Origin: Deltaproteobacteria bacterium
GTDB taxonomy: Bacteria; Myxococcota; JACRCW01
Reading direction: 5' to 3'
DNA: 64,000 nt
NCBI GenBank assembly: GCA_016218805.1
Contig: JACRCW010000136.1
Span: 1-64,000, forward strand
The first letter of the stretch is position 1. Each line of letters starts with the position of its first letter. This document shows positions 1-8,974 of this stretch, piece by piece. The notes below the pieces were generated by a model. That model made no database searches, was not told where the DNA came from, and saw only the letters and a list, made by a program, of their open reading frames with translations. The position numbers and the translations under genes are program-made.

Positions 1-268
1 CCCGGCCGGGACGCCAGCGGGACACCCGTGACGTCGCTATGCACCGGCACAGCCGGGGCGGCTGTGCCACACCACAACGGCTCTTTGGGATCCTGTGGCT
101 GCCCCACCGGCAGGGACCACAACCATGGGCGATCACACCCGATTGGGGCGCAGCCGTTGACATGGGTCTGGACGTGTCGCTGATCGAAGCGGCGCTGCGT
201 CTCAGCGTCGAGAAGCGGCTCGGCTCCAGAGCGGGCTAGGTGCGGGAACGTCAGCAAGAGGAGGGGAC

Positions 269-751
269 ATGCTGGCAATGCGGTTGGTGTGGCTCCTGTT
301 GGTAGCGAACCATGACGGCGTTGCGGACGCACCCGCCGCGGCGTCGGCCGTTTCTGCGGCGCCGGAGCGACAGCTGCCGTGGCCGGTGTTGTTCTCGCCG
401 CTGGGCACGCCGCAGTTCCTGATGGGCCGCTGGGCACGCGGGGCGCTGGCGGCGACGTTGCTGGTCGCGGCGCCGCTTCCCTCGGCGGTGTTCTTTGGCC
501 TGGCCTGGGCCGCCACCCGTGATTGCGTTGCGCCGGCGCAGCTTCTGGCGGGCCGCCCTGCCGTCACGCCAGCGAGCTGCCGACCGTGGGGAGCCGGGAG
601 GATCTTCGCCAGCGATACGCCGCGCAGGGACTTCGTCGTGGGAATGACCGTGCTGCAGTACGCGAGCCTGCTGCTGGTTCCGGCCGCCTACCTGTTTGGC
701 GTGATGGACGCGTTCCTGCTTCGGGAGCGCGAACAACGCCATCGCGTGTGA
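269..751 (+). CDS. Hypothetical membrane protein
   Basis: 160-aa ORF with hydrophobic segments, co-oriented with the downstream gene; no family recognised. Confidence 0.4.
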   Translation: MLAMRLVWLLLVANHDGVADAPAAASAVSAAPERQLPWPVLFSPLGTPQFLMGRWARGALAATLLVAAPLPSAVFFGLAWAATRDCVAPAQLLAGRPAVTPASCRPWGAGRIFASDTPRRDFVVGMTVLQYASLLLVPAAYLFGVMDAFLLREREQRHRV

Positions 752-763
752 TAGGACCACGCC

Positions 764-1549
764 ATGCGCAAGGGGCAGCTCAAAGCAGTGGGGTCACGCG
801 GCGGCATTGTGTGGCCAACGGAGGAGGACGTGGGGGAGCGGTTTGAACAGACACTCATCCTCGAAGTGCTCCGCCCGCTCATCGTGGCGTTTCTGCTGTC
901 ACGGAAGGTGGCGGCGTTTGTCGGGCGGGACCAGTACATCTTCTGGGATCCCAACAATCCACGGCGGTCATTGGCGCCGGACATCTACGTGATGCCCGGC
1001 GTGTCGCCGGACGTGGCACCTGCGTCATGGCGGACGTGGGAGGACGCGGTGGTGCCCGCGTTTGCAGTTGAAGTGGTGGGTGACGACGTCAACAAGGACT
1101 ACGTGGACGGCCCCAAGCTGTACAACGAGCTGGGTGTGGACGAGTTGGTGGTATTTGACCCGCTGGTGGAGCGGCAACCCGGCAGGCGCGTGCAGTGGCA
1201 GGTCCACCGCAGGCTGGGGAAGCGGGGCCTGGTGCGGGTGTTCGCGGGAAACACGGACCGCGTGGAGAGCCGTTGGCTCAAGTGCTGGCTGCGCACGGTC
1301 CCCACACCGCAGGGCCTGACGCTGCGGCTGGCCACGGGAACGCACGGAGATGACCTGGTGCCCACGGACGCTGAGCGCGCCCAGGCGGAGGCCGAACGCG
1401 CCCAGGCCGAGGCGGAACGCGCCCAGGCCGAGGCGGAACGCGCCCAGGCGGAGGCGGGACGCGCCCAGGCGGAGGCGGAACGCGCCCGCAGTGCCGAGAC
1501 GGAGCTCCAGCGCCTGCGCGAAGAACTCGCCGCGCTCAGGCGCCGTTGA
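764..1549 (+). CDS. Uma2 (DUF820) family PD-(D/E)xK endonuclease-like protein with C-terminal coiled-coil repeats
   Basis: LAPDIYV...PAFAVEVV...K..LY..LGVDELVVFDP motifs; AGGA 6 nt before the ATG; AEAERAQ tail. Confidence 0.85.
   Translation: MRKGQLKAVGSRGGIVWPTEEDVGERFEQTLILEVLRPLIVAFLLSRKVAAFVGRDQYIFWDPNNPRRSLAPDIYVMPGVSPDVAPASWRTWEDAVVPAFAVEVVGDDVNKDYVDGPKLYNELGVDELVVFDPLVERQPGRRVQWQVHRRLGKRGLVRVFAGNTDRVESRWLKCWLRTVPTPQGLTLRLATGTHGDDLVPTDAERAQAEAERAQAEAERAQAEAERAQAEAGRAQAEAERARSAETELQRLREELAALRRR
1370..1486 (+). repeat. 21-bp intragenic tandem repeat (~5.5 copies) encoding AERAQAE
   Basis: gcNgaRcgcgcccaggcSgag units read directly from the sequence. Confidence 0.9.
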
Positions 1550-1560
1550 GGCTCCGCGTC

Positions 1561-2403
1561 TTACTTCACCACGTCGGTCCACTTGTCCTTGATGTCCTGC
1601 GGTGACCACATGCCGGAAGGCTTGTGAATGCCCTCGGACACTTCCATCCGGTACTCAAACACCTTGGTCCCCTGCACGCCGATGATCTTCCCGGTGATGC
1701 CCTCGGACAGGTCAGAGGCCAGGAACGCGACGACGGGGCAGATGTGTTGCGGGCCCATCTCATCCGCGCTGGCACCCTGGAACATGGGCAGGTCCTCCGT
1801 CATGCGCGTGAGCGCCACCGGCGCCACCGCGTTCACGCGCGTGTTGAGCTTGGAGAACTCCATGGAGACCGTCTTGGTGAACCCGTAGATGCCCGCCTTG
1901 GCTGACGAGTAGTTGGCCTGCCCGAAGTTGCCGAGCAGCCCGGACAGGCTGGTGGTGTTGACCACGCTGGCGGGGCTTCCCTGCGCCTTCACCGCGCGGC
2001 CGAACGCGCGCGTACATAGGAACGTGCCGCGCAGGTGCACCGCGATGACGGCGTCCCATTCCTCCTCCGTCATGTTCAGCATGGAGCGGTCCCGCAGAAT
2101 GCCCGCATTGTTGACCAGCACGTCCACGCGCTTGAAGCGGTTGATGGCGGCCCACACCAGGTTCTGTGCGCCGTCCAGCGTCGCCACGTTGGAGGTGTCC
2201 GCCACCGCGTCGCCACCCGCCTTGCGGATTTCCTCCACCACCTCGTCCGCGGGACGGGCCGCGCGGCCGCTGCCGTCGCGCGCACCGCCGAGGTCGTTGA
2301 CGACGACGCGGGCGCCTTCGCGCGCGAAGTACAGCGCGTGCGCCTTGCCAATGCCGTTACCTGCGCCGGTGATGATGCAGACCTTGCCGTCCAGCAGCCC
2401 CAT
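1561..2403 (-). CDS. Short-chain dehydrogenase/reductase (3-hydroxyacyl-CoA dehydrogenase-like SDR)
   Basis: TGAGNGIG, NNAGILRD and YSSAK motifs; start trimmed to MGLLDGK after GGAGG. Confidence 0.92.
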   Translation of the reverse strand: MGLLDGKVCIITGAGNGIGKAHALYFAREGARVVVNDLGGARDGSGRAARPADEVVEEIRKAGGDAVADTSNVATLDGAQNLVWAAINRFKRVDVLVNNAGILRDRSMLNMTEEEWDAVIAVHLRGTFLCTRAFGRAVKAQGSPASVVNTTSLSGLLGNFGQANYSSAKAGIYGFTKTVSMEFSKLNTRVNAVAPVALTRMTEDLPMFQGASADEMGPQHICPVVAFLASDLSEGITGKIIGVQGTKVFEYRMEVSEGIHKPSGMWSPQDIKDKWTDVVK

Positions 2404-2567
2404 GGTGCGCCTCCTCCGGAAGCGTCCGCGGTAACACGCTGGAAAAAGACCTTCAAAGGCGGGTGTTTGCCCCAAGGCGCCGCCAGAAATTTGGAGGGCG
2501 CGCGGCTCCGCCGTATTCCAGCGCGCGTCGGTGGTTCCATGCTGGAGCCACCCGGAGCCAGCCACCC

Positions 2568-3224
2568 ATGAAGCACCTGTGCGAACACTGCGGCCAGAAG
2601 TACGCCATCCCCGACGAGCGCGTGAGCCGGAAGATCCTGAAGATCCGTTGCCAGAAGTGCCAGGGCACCATGGTGGTGGACGGGTCCGAGGTGGTGCCGG
2701 GGCGCCAGTCCATCCCGCCGCCGGTGAGCCGCACGCCGGACCCGGTGGGCGCACGCGAGTGGTTTGTGGGCATTGCCGGGCGGCCGCACGGTCCGTACAC
2801 GCGCCACGACGTGCTGGACCTGGTGGACCGCGGCGAAGTCCGCGCGCGCACGTACATGTGGAAGGGCGGCCTGGTGGCGTGGCACCGCGTCAATGAGGGC
2901 GCAGAGCTGGACTGGGTTTACGGCGCCGTGCAGTTCCGCGAGACGCACGCGGACGCGTACGCGTACCGGACGCCCACGCGGGTGTTTGAACTGATGCCGC
3001 CGTCCCTGGTCACCGACGGACGCAGCTACTTCCCGGACCCCACGCTGCACTCCGGCTGGGCGGTGCTCTCTGAAGAGGCGCGCGCGGACCTGGACGCGGT
3101 GCGCCAGCGCGAAGAACGCCACGCGCAGCGCCAGCAGGTGACCCGTTGGGCCGTGCACGCGGCGGTGCTGGCGGCGCTGACCCTGGTGGGCGCGGCCGGC
3201 GCGTGGGCCGCCACGCTGGTCTGA
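2568..3224 (+). CDS. MJ0042-type zinc-finger / GYF_2 domain membrane-anchored protein
   Basis: CEHC-x19-CQKC; WFVGIAGRPHGPY...TYMWKGG..W; C-terminal TM helix. Confidence 0.8.
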   Translation: MKHLCEHCGQKYAIPDERVSRKILKIRCQKCQGTMVVDGSEVVPGRQSIPPPVSRTPDPVGAREWFVGIAGRPHGPYTRHDVLDLVDRGEVRARTYMWKGGLVAWHRVNEGAELDWVYGAVQFRETHADAYAYRTPTRVFELMPPSLVTDGRSYFPDPTLHSGWAVLSEEARADLDAVRQREERHAQRQQVTRWAVHAAVLAALTLVGAAGAWAATLV

Positions 3225-3267
3225 AGGGCTACCGCGGACTGCCCGCCCGCGCTAGAGAGGGCGCCCC

Positions 3268-4581
3268 ATGTCCTGGGCGCTGCTGCTCTCTGCCGTCGTC
3301 GTCGCCGCCGCACTTCCGCCGGCCGGCGAGTGGCGGCTGGACCGCCAGGATACCAAGGTGAAGGTGCTGGCCTGGGGCATGTTCTGCGGGAAGGAACCGC
3401 GGGACGGCCGCGGCCTGCCGGGCGCGCGCTATGTGCTCACCCACGACGGCACGGGGTTTGTGCTCAAGGGGGCGGGCAAGGCGTTTGGGACGGTGGGGTG
3501 CAGCATGGACCCGCCCATCTACAAGCAGCGCCTGGCTGACAAGACGCAGAAGGGCTGGCGCGTGGAGTGCGAAGCCCCGCCCATTGCCGGCACACCGCAG
3601 GTCAATGAGCACGTGTTTGAGGTGGAAGACGCCGCCATCCGCTACGTGACGCGTGGCGAAAAGCGGAAGACCGAGAACCTGGAAGCGTGCCGCTACGCGT
3701 ACGAGACGGAGATGCGGTTTGTGCTGGCCACGGAGTCCGGCCCGTGCGCCAGCCCCGGCCCGGCTGCGCGCCTGGTGGTGGAACCGGGCACCGTGGACGC
3801 GCGCCCCGGCCAGCGCATCTGCTTCAAGGCTTCCGCCACCGACGCGCATGACTGCGCGGTCCCCGCCGGCGCCGTGGCGTACGCCGTGGAACCCAAGGGC
3901 GTGGGCGAACTGGACGGCAACGGCTGCCTGTGGGCGCCCCGCGAGATCAAGGACGCCGTGGTTCTGGCCGTCACCGCCACCGCCGGCGACGTGCGCGGCA
4001 ACAGCGTGGTCCGCGTGGCCCCTGAAGAGGCCGCCCGGACCGAGAGCATTGAACAGACCGCCGCCCGCACCGGCAGTGACGCCGTCAAGCAGATGGTCAG
4101 CCAGGTGCGCGCGGGTGACTTCGTCGTCAAGGCGCCGTTTGAGGAGGAGGAGGAACCCGCCGCGGCCCCGGCTGCGCCTGTCGCGACGCCGCCTGCAGAT
4201 GCTCCCGGCCTGCCGCCCTGGCTCCCCGTCGCCGGCGGCGGGGCGGTTGTGGTGGTTGCCGCGCTGGCCTTTGCGCTGGCGCGCCGGAAGAAGCCCGCCC
4301 AGGTCCCGGCGCCACCGCCCGTGGTGGCGCCTCCCGTGGCGGCGCCCGAAGCGGGTAGGGGCTACAAATGCCCCCAATGCGGGTTTGAGTACGCCGCCGC
4401 CGGGAAGTGCGTCCATGACGGGACGGAGCTGGTCATCAACGAGGCGCGTGGCCGGCAGACGCTGTTCATTCCGCAGGTGGGCGGCATGGTGTGCCCCACG
4501 TGCGGGCAGAAGTACCCCACGCGCGCGCGGTTCTGCGGCAATGACCGCACGCCGCTGGTGCCGGACCTGCCCAAGCTGTGA
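3268..4581 (+). CDS. Exported single-pass membrane protein with tandem C-terminal zinc ribbons
   Basis: Signal peptide, Cys-containing ectodomain, TM followed by RRKK, then CPQC..CVHD and CPTC..FCGND motifs. Confidence 0.75.
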   Translation: MSWALLLSAVVVAAALPPAGEWRLDRQDTKVKVLAWGMFCGKEPRDGRGLPGARYVLTHDGTGFVLKGAGKAFGTVGCSMDPPIYKQRLADKTQKGWRVECEAPPIAGTPQVNEHVFEVEDAAIRYVTRGEKRKTENLEACRYAYETEMRFVLATESGPCASPGPAARLVVEPGTVDARPGQRICFKASATDAHDCAVPAGAVAYAVEPKGVGELDGNGCLWAPREIKDAVVLAVTATAGDVRGNSVVRVAPEEAARTESIEQTAARTGSDAVKQMVSQVRAGDFVVKAPFEEEEEPAAAPAAPVATPPADAPGLPPWLPVAGGGAVVVVAALAFALARRKKPAQVPAPPPVVAPPVAAPEAGRGYKCPQCGFEYAAAGKCVHDGTELVINEARGRQTLFIPQVGGMVCPTCGQKYPTRARFCGNDRTPLVPDLPKL

Positions 4582-4591
4582 CGACGGTGGC

Positions 4592-5149
4592 CTAGGGGAA
4601 AATCTCGCCCTTTTCAGCCTGCACCTTGTCCTGCAGCATCATCAGCGCGTCCAGCACGGCTTCCGGCCGCGGCGGGCAGCCCGGGATGTACACGTCAACC
4701 GGGATGATGTTGTCAATACCCTGCACCACTGCGTAGTTGTCGTAAAACCCGCCCGACGACGCGCACACGCCGAACGCGATCACCCACTTGGGCTCCGCCA
4801 TCTGGTCATACACGCGCTTGAGCGCCGGTGCCTGCTTGTGCGTGATGGTGCCCACCACAAACAAGAGGTCCGACTGGCGCGGGCTGAACCGCGGAAACTC
4901 CGCGCCGAACCGTGCGATGTCATACCGCGGCGCCCACACGCTCATGAACTCCATGCCGCAGCACGCCGTCACGTACGGGTACTGGAAGAAGCTGTACTTG
5001 CGCGCCCAGTTCACCGCCGGCGCGGACTTCTCATTGAGCCAGTCCTTGGGGCCCTGGAGCATCTTGCTGAAGAAGCCCCGGGCCTCATCACGTCGGGTCA
5101 CCAGCACGTCGCCGCCCAGCACCGCGTCGTCGCCCTTGAACTCAGCCAT
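4592..5149 (-). CDS. nuoB: NADH-quinone oxidoreductase subunit B
   Basis: [22 protein letters not shown] and [11 protein letters not shown]2-cluster motifs. Confidence 0.96.
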   Translation of the reverse strand: MAEFKGDDAVLGGDVLVTRRDEARGFFSKMLQGPKDWLNEKSAPAVNWARKYSFFQYPYVTACCGMEFMSVWAPRYDIARFGAEFPRFSPRQSDLLFVVGTITHKQAPALKRVYDQMAEPKWVIAFGVCASSGGFYDNYAVVQGIDNIIPVDVYIPGCPPRPEAVLDALMMLQDKVQAEKGEIFP

Positions 5150-5152
5150 GCG

Positions 5153-5509
5153 TCACTCCCACTCCAGGGCGCCCTTGCGCCACACGTAGGCCAGGCCCAC
5201 GGCGAGGATGGCCATGAACACCACCATCTCCAACAGCCCAAACATCCCCAGCTGCCGGTACAGCACCGCCCACGGGTAGAGAAACACCACTTCAATGTCG
5301 AACACGATGAACAGCAGCGCCACCAGGTAGAAGCGCACCGAGAAGCGCTGGCGTGTGGTGCCCACACTCTCCGTGCCGCACTCAAACGGCGCGCCCTTCA
5401 CCTTGGAGGGCTTGCTGGGGCCGATGAAGATGGCCATGGCAAGCATGCCGCCCGCCACGAGCATCCCCAGGACCATCATGAACGCCACGCCTGCGTAACC
5501 CTGATCCAT
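5153..5509 (-). CDS. nuoA: NADH-quinone oxidoreductase subunit A
   Basis: PFECG, RFYLVALLFIVFDIEVVFLYPWA and KGALEW motifs. Confidence 0.96.
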   Translation of the reverse strand: MDQGYAGVAFMMVLGMLVAGGMLAMAIFIGPSKPSKVKGAPFECGTESVGTTRQRFSVRFYLVALLFIVFDIEVVFLYPWAVLYRQLGMFGLLEMVVFMAILAVGLAYVWRKGALEWE

Positions 5510-5638
5510 GCGCGTCCACCTCCGGGGGGAATGGAACGGCTCCGCCCGAGGGCACGGGCTTCTATCGGGTCATCCTTCCGACGGCAAGGCGGCCCGGCGT
5601 TTGAACGGCGCCCCGCGGACCCCTACAACGCGCCCGTC

Positions 5639-6316
5639 GTGTCCGCGCTGCCTCAAGCTTCCTCCTTGGCCCCAGGTTGGCTGCACGCGCAGGGCCGCCG
5701 CGCCCGGCTGCAACAGGCGCTGGGGCTGTCAGGGCTTGTTGGGCTGGGGCTGTTCACCGTGGTGCACGTAGCGGGGATGCTGCCGGCGGCGGTGGCGGGC
5801 GCGGACGGCTTCAACACCACGCTGCCGTGGCGGCGCAGCGTGGTCGTTGGCGTGCTCACGTGGATGTGGCTCGCGGTGCCGCTTGTGGTGCACGTCGCCG
5901 CAGGCACGTTGCTGGCGCGGCGCTGGCGTTTCTCCGTCGGACGTTGGCCCACGCCGGGAAACTGGGTGCTGGCGCTCCGGCGCGTGTCTGCCGTTGTCGT
6001 GGGCCTGTTTCTGGTTGAGCACGTGTGGGACGTGCGCGTGGCACCGCTGTGGCTGGGGCGCACGGTGGACGGCGCGTACATGCAACGGCACCTCGCGCTC
6101 ACCTGGACACTGGACTGGTACGTGCTCGGCGTGTCGGCAACGTCGTTCCACCTGGCGGCGGGGGCGTGGACGGTGTTGTGCCGCTGGGGTCTGCTCCGAA
6201 GCGCGTGGGCGCAGCGCTGGGGGGCCTGGGCGGCCGCCGCCGCGGGGCTGGCGTTGGCGGCGACGGGCATGGCCGCGGCCGTGGGGCTGCATGACGCCCG
6301 CCTGGTGGTGCCATGA
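5639..6316 (+). CDS. Succinate dehydrogenase cytochrome b558 (Bacillus-type SdhC)-like membrane anchor
   Basis: About five TM segments with His at the four expected heme-ligand positions (VVHV, VVHVAAG, EHVW, SFHL); GTG start uncertain; stop overlaps the next ATG (ATGA). Confidence 0.65.
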   Translation: MSALPQASSLAPGWLHAQGRRARLQQALGLSGLVGLGLFTVVHVAGMLPAAVAGADGFNTTLPWRRSVVVGVLTWMWLAVPLVVHVAAGTLLARRWRFSVGRWPTPGNWVLALRRVSAVVVGLFLVEHVWDVRVAPLWLGRTVDGAYMQRHLALTWTLDWYVLGVSATSFHLAAGAWTVLCRWGLLRSAWAQRWGAWAAAAAGLALAATGMAAAVGLHDARLVVP

Positions 6317-7560
6317 GCGGGGTGGTGGTGGTTGCCGGGGGCGGACCGGCCGCGCTGTGGGTGGCCCTGGAGCTGGTCCACGCGGGACGCCCGGTGGAAC
6401 TGGTCTGCAGCACGCCGCCGGAGCGGGGCACGCGCTTTTCCACGGGATTGCTGACGGGCTCCACCCCGCCAGGAGATGTCGCCCGGTGGACCCCGGTGCT
6501 GGAATCCGCGCGGGCGGTGGCGGTCACGCTGGACCGGCTGGGCGTTCCGTTTGAACGCACCCCGGAAGGCCGTCCGCGCCTCGTGGATGCGCCCGGACGG
6601 GTTCACGCGGGGCCCCACACCGGATTGCACCTCCAGCGCGCGCTGGCATCCCAGGTTCGGGCCGCGCAGTCCGCCGGCCAACTGGTGTTGCACGACCACC
6701 ACGCGCTGCTGGAGGTGACCGTTGTCGACGGTGGCGTGCGCGGCGTGATGGTGGCGGACGCGTGGCGCGGCACGGTGGCGCGGATCCACGCGGACGCGTT
6801 GTGCCTGGCGGAGGAACGCACCGAAGCGCTCCACGACGGAGCGACGGCCGGGCCGGGAGATGCGGTGGGTGCGCTTCACACGGCGCTGCAGGCAGGGGCG
6901 GCGTGGGAGGATCCGGACCTGGCGCGCTGGCACGGGTGCGCACCCGTGGGGGCGTCCTGGTGGCCGGCCTGGGAGGGCGGCGGCCACATGGCGGCGATGG
7001 GATCCGTGGGCGGGCTGGTGACGGATCCGCAGGGGCGGTGCATGGGCGTGACCGGATTGTGGGCGGCGGGCGGCTGCGCCCTGGCGGTGCGCGAGGTGGA
7101 CGCGCTGCCGGGCGCGGCCACGACGTGGGACCTGGGATGCGCGCGGCTTGTGGGGCGGGCCCTGGCGGCCGCGCAAGGCGGCAGCGCCGCGGCACACAGC
7201 GACGACCTCAACGGGTGGCCCGCTCGTCTGGACGCGCTGGGTGATGGCGCCGGGCCGGAGACCGTGGCCGCGGTGCAGCAGCAGGTGGATGCGTTGTGCG
7301 CGCGGGTGCTGGGACGCGCGCGTTCGGGGGAAGCGCTGGCGGCGGCCAGCGAAGAACTCCGCACCCTGGCAGACCGCGCGGCGGCGGCGGCCGTTGGCGG
7401 GCGTGGGTCCCCGGGCGTCATGGCGGCGGAACGGTTGCGCCGGCGCGTGGCCCTGCTGGGGCCCGTCATGACGGCTGCGCGGCACCGCGCGGAAGGCGAG
7501 GGCAGGGCGCGTGTGAAGGCGGTGGACGGCGCGTTCCAACTCGAGTGGGAGCGGGCATGA
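6313..7560 (+). CDS. Degenerate SdhA/FrdA-like flavoprotein (shortened, catalytic motifs lost)
   Basis: VVVAGGGPAA dinucleotide motif, LDRLGVPFERTPEG, AGPHTGLHLQRAL, GGLVTD...GLWAAGGC; lacks the RSHS, ATGG, HY.MGG and NRLG motifs. Confidence 0.75.
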   Translation: MSGVVVVAGGGPAALWVALELVHAGRPVELVCSTPPERGTRFSTGLLTGSTPPGDVARWTPVLESARAVAVTLDRLGVPFERTPEGRPRLVDAPGRVHAGPHTGLHLQRALASQVRAAQSAGQLVLHDHHALLEVTVVDGGVRGVMVADAWRGTVARIHADALCLAEERTEALHDGATAGPGDAVGALHTALQAGAAWEDPDLARWHGCAPVGASWWPAWEGGGHMAAMGSVGGLVTDPQGRCMGVTGLWAAGGCALAVREVDALPGAATTWDLGCARLVGRALAAAQGGSAAAHSDDLNGWPARLDALGDGAGPETVAAVQQQVDALCARVLGRARSGEALAAASEELRTLADRAAAAAVGGRGSPGVMAAERLRRRVALLGPVMTAARHRAEGEGRARVKAVDGAFQLEWERA

Positions 7561-8264
7561 GCGCATCCCTGTTGCTGGCGCTGGCACTGGCCGCACAGAC
7601 CCCACCGGTGGTGACGCCGGCGCCGGAAGCCACCGCAGCCGCGGAGCCCGCGGTGTTCTCCAACGCGTGGTGGGACAGGTGGCGCATCAAGGCCCGCGAC
7701 CGGCTGCCCACCCCGCTGGGCTGGGTGGGCGTGGCCGGCATGATGGCGTCGGGGTTTGTGGTTGCCGGCGGGCTGGCGCTGGCGGGTGCTGCGTCCGTCC
7801 AGATCCTGCGGGGCCGCGCGGCGCAGGATGCGTATGACCGCTCCCATGCTGACACCACGACGACGGAAGGCGAACGCGCACAGCTGGCGCTGCTCAAGGA
7901 CAGCCGCGATGCGTTTGACAGTTCGCGCTGGCTGGCGCTGGCGGGCGGGGCAGTGCTGGTGATCGGGCTGCTCGGGAGCCTGGCCGGGGGCACTGCCGTC
8001 ATCGTCGATGAAACGTTCTTTGTGCCCGCGCTGCGCGCCCGACACCCGCTGTGGGCCATCTTTGGCCCGGCGTTGGGAACGCGCGAGCCGCCGGAGATGT
8101 GGCCGCCCGTTCCCCGCCCGGACGTTCCCGGCGTGTTCACCCCTCCCAGGGACCCTGCTCCCAAACCACCCGCCGCGGCGGTGCCGCCCGCGCCTGTCCC
8201 CGCGCCAGAGCCCGCTCCGCCGCCTCCCGCCCCGGTCACGCCACCCCTGCCGGAGGCCAAATGA
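7557..8264 (+). CDS. Hypothetical membrane protein (signal peptide, 2 TMs, Pro-rich tail) inserted in the sdh-like operon
   Basis: Start MSASLLLALALAA; ATGA overlaps at both ends. Confidence 0.7.
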   Translation: MSASLLLALALAAQTPPVVTPAPEATAAAEPAVFSNAWWDRWRIKARDRLPTPLGWVGVAGMMASGFVVAGGLALAGAASVQILRGRAAQDAYDRSHADTTTTEGERAQLALLKDSRDAFDSSRWLALAGGAVLVIGLLGSLAGGTAVIVDETFFVPALRARHPLWAIFGPALGTREPPEMWPPVPRPDVPGVFTPPRDPAPKPPAAAVPPAPVPAPEPAPPPPAPVTPPLPEAK

Positions 8265-8974
8265 CGACCAACCTGGCAATCCACCGGCGCGACCGCGCTG
8301 GCGAGCGCGTGGATCGCTTTGTCGTGAACCATCCGCCGGACCGGACGCTGTTGGACGTCTTACGCGCCCTCGCTGCTGCCCCGGTGACGTCGGACGGCAG
8401 GACGGTGGCGCCCGTGGTGTTTGAGGACGCGTGCGCCGGGCCGCTGTGTGGCAGCTGTGCCCTGTCCGTGGACGGCTGGCCCGCCATGGCCTGCCGCGTC
8501 CGCGTCGGTGACCTTGGGAGCCAGGCCGTGCTCGGACCACTGCCGGGGTTTCCCGTCGTCGCGGACCTGCTGGTGGACCGCGGCGCTGTGGGGCGTGCGC
8601 TGGTGGACGCGCGGGCATGGCTGGAGTTGGACGGGTGGGCCGGGCCGGAGGCCTCCCCGTGGTCCGCCCAAGCGGCGCAGCACGCCCAGAGCGCGCACGC
8701 CTGCACGGCCTGCGGCGCGTGCCAGGGGGCCTGCCCGGCCATGGGGAGCCGTTCGCCGTACCGGGGACCGCTGGTGATGGCCGCCTGGGAGTTGCTGGAT
8801 TCCACGCCCACCGGCCGCCTTCAGACGGGTGTGCGGCGCGCCCTGGCCGCGTCCGACGGGGGAATCGCGGATTGCGGGCACGCGCGCGTGTGCCGTGACG
8901 TCTGCCCGCAGCGCCTCCCCATGGGCGAACTGCTTGGGTCCCTGTCCGCAGGCGTCATGCGGGGCCGCGAATGA
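8261..8974 (+). CDS. SdhB/FrdB-like iron-sulfur subunit
   Basis: CAGPLCGSC..C (2Fe-2S), CTACGACQGACP and CGHARVCRDVCP cluster motifs; DLLVDR. Confidence 0.85.
   Translation: MTTNLAIHRRDRAGERVDRFVVNHPPDRTLLDVLRALAAAPVTSDGRTVAPVVFEDACAGPLCGSCALSVDGWPAMACRVRVGDLGSQAVLGPLPGFPVVADLLVDRGAVGRALVDARAWLELDGWAGPEASPWSAQAAQHAQSAHACTACGACQGACPAMGSRSPYRGPLVMAAWELLDSTPTGRLQTGVRRALAASDGGIADCGHARVCRDVCPQRLPMGELLGSLSAGVMRGRE

Noticed and set aside
39..239. Possible antitoxin-like remnant (GLDVSLIEAALRLSVEKRL)
   Set aside because: It is too short, has no clear start and no partner toxin, so it cannot be supported.
3653..5638. N-terminal part of the 887-aa ORF 3653-6316
   Set aside because: It is a shadow frame over the 3268-4581 gene and antisense to nuoAB. 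Only the last ~225 codons look like a real gene.
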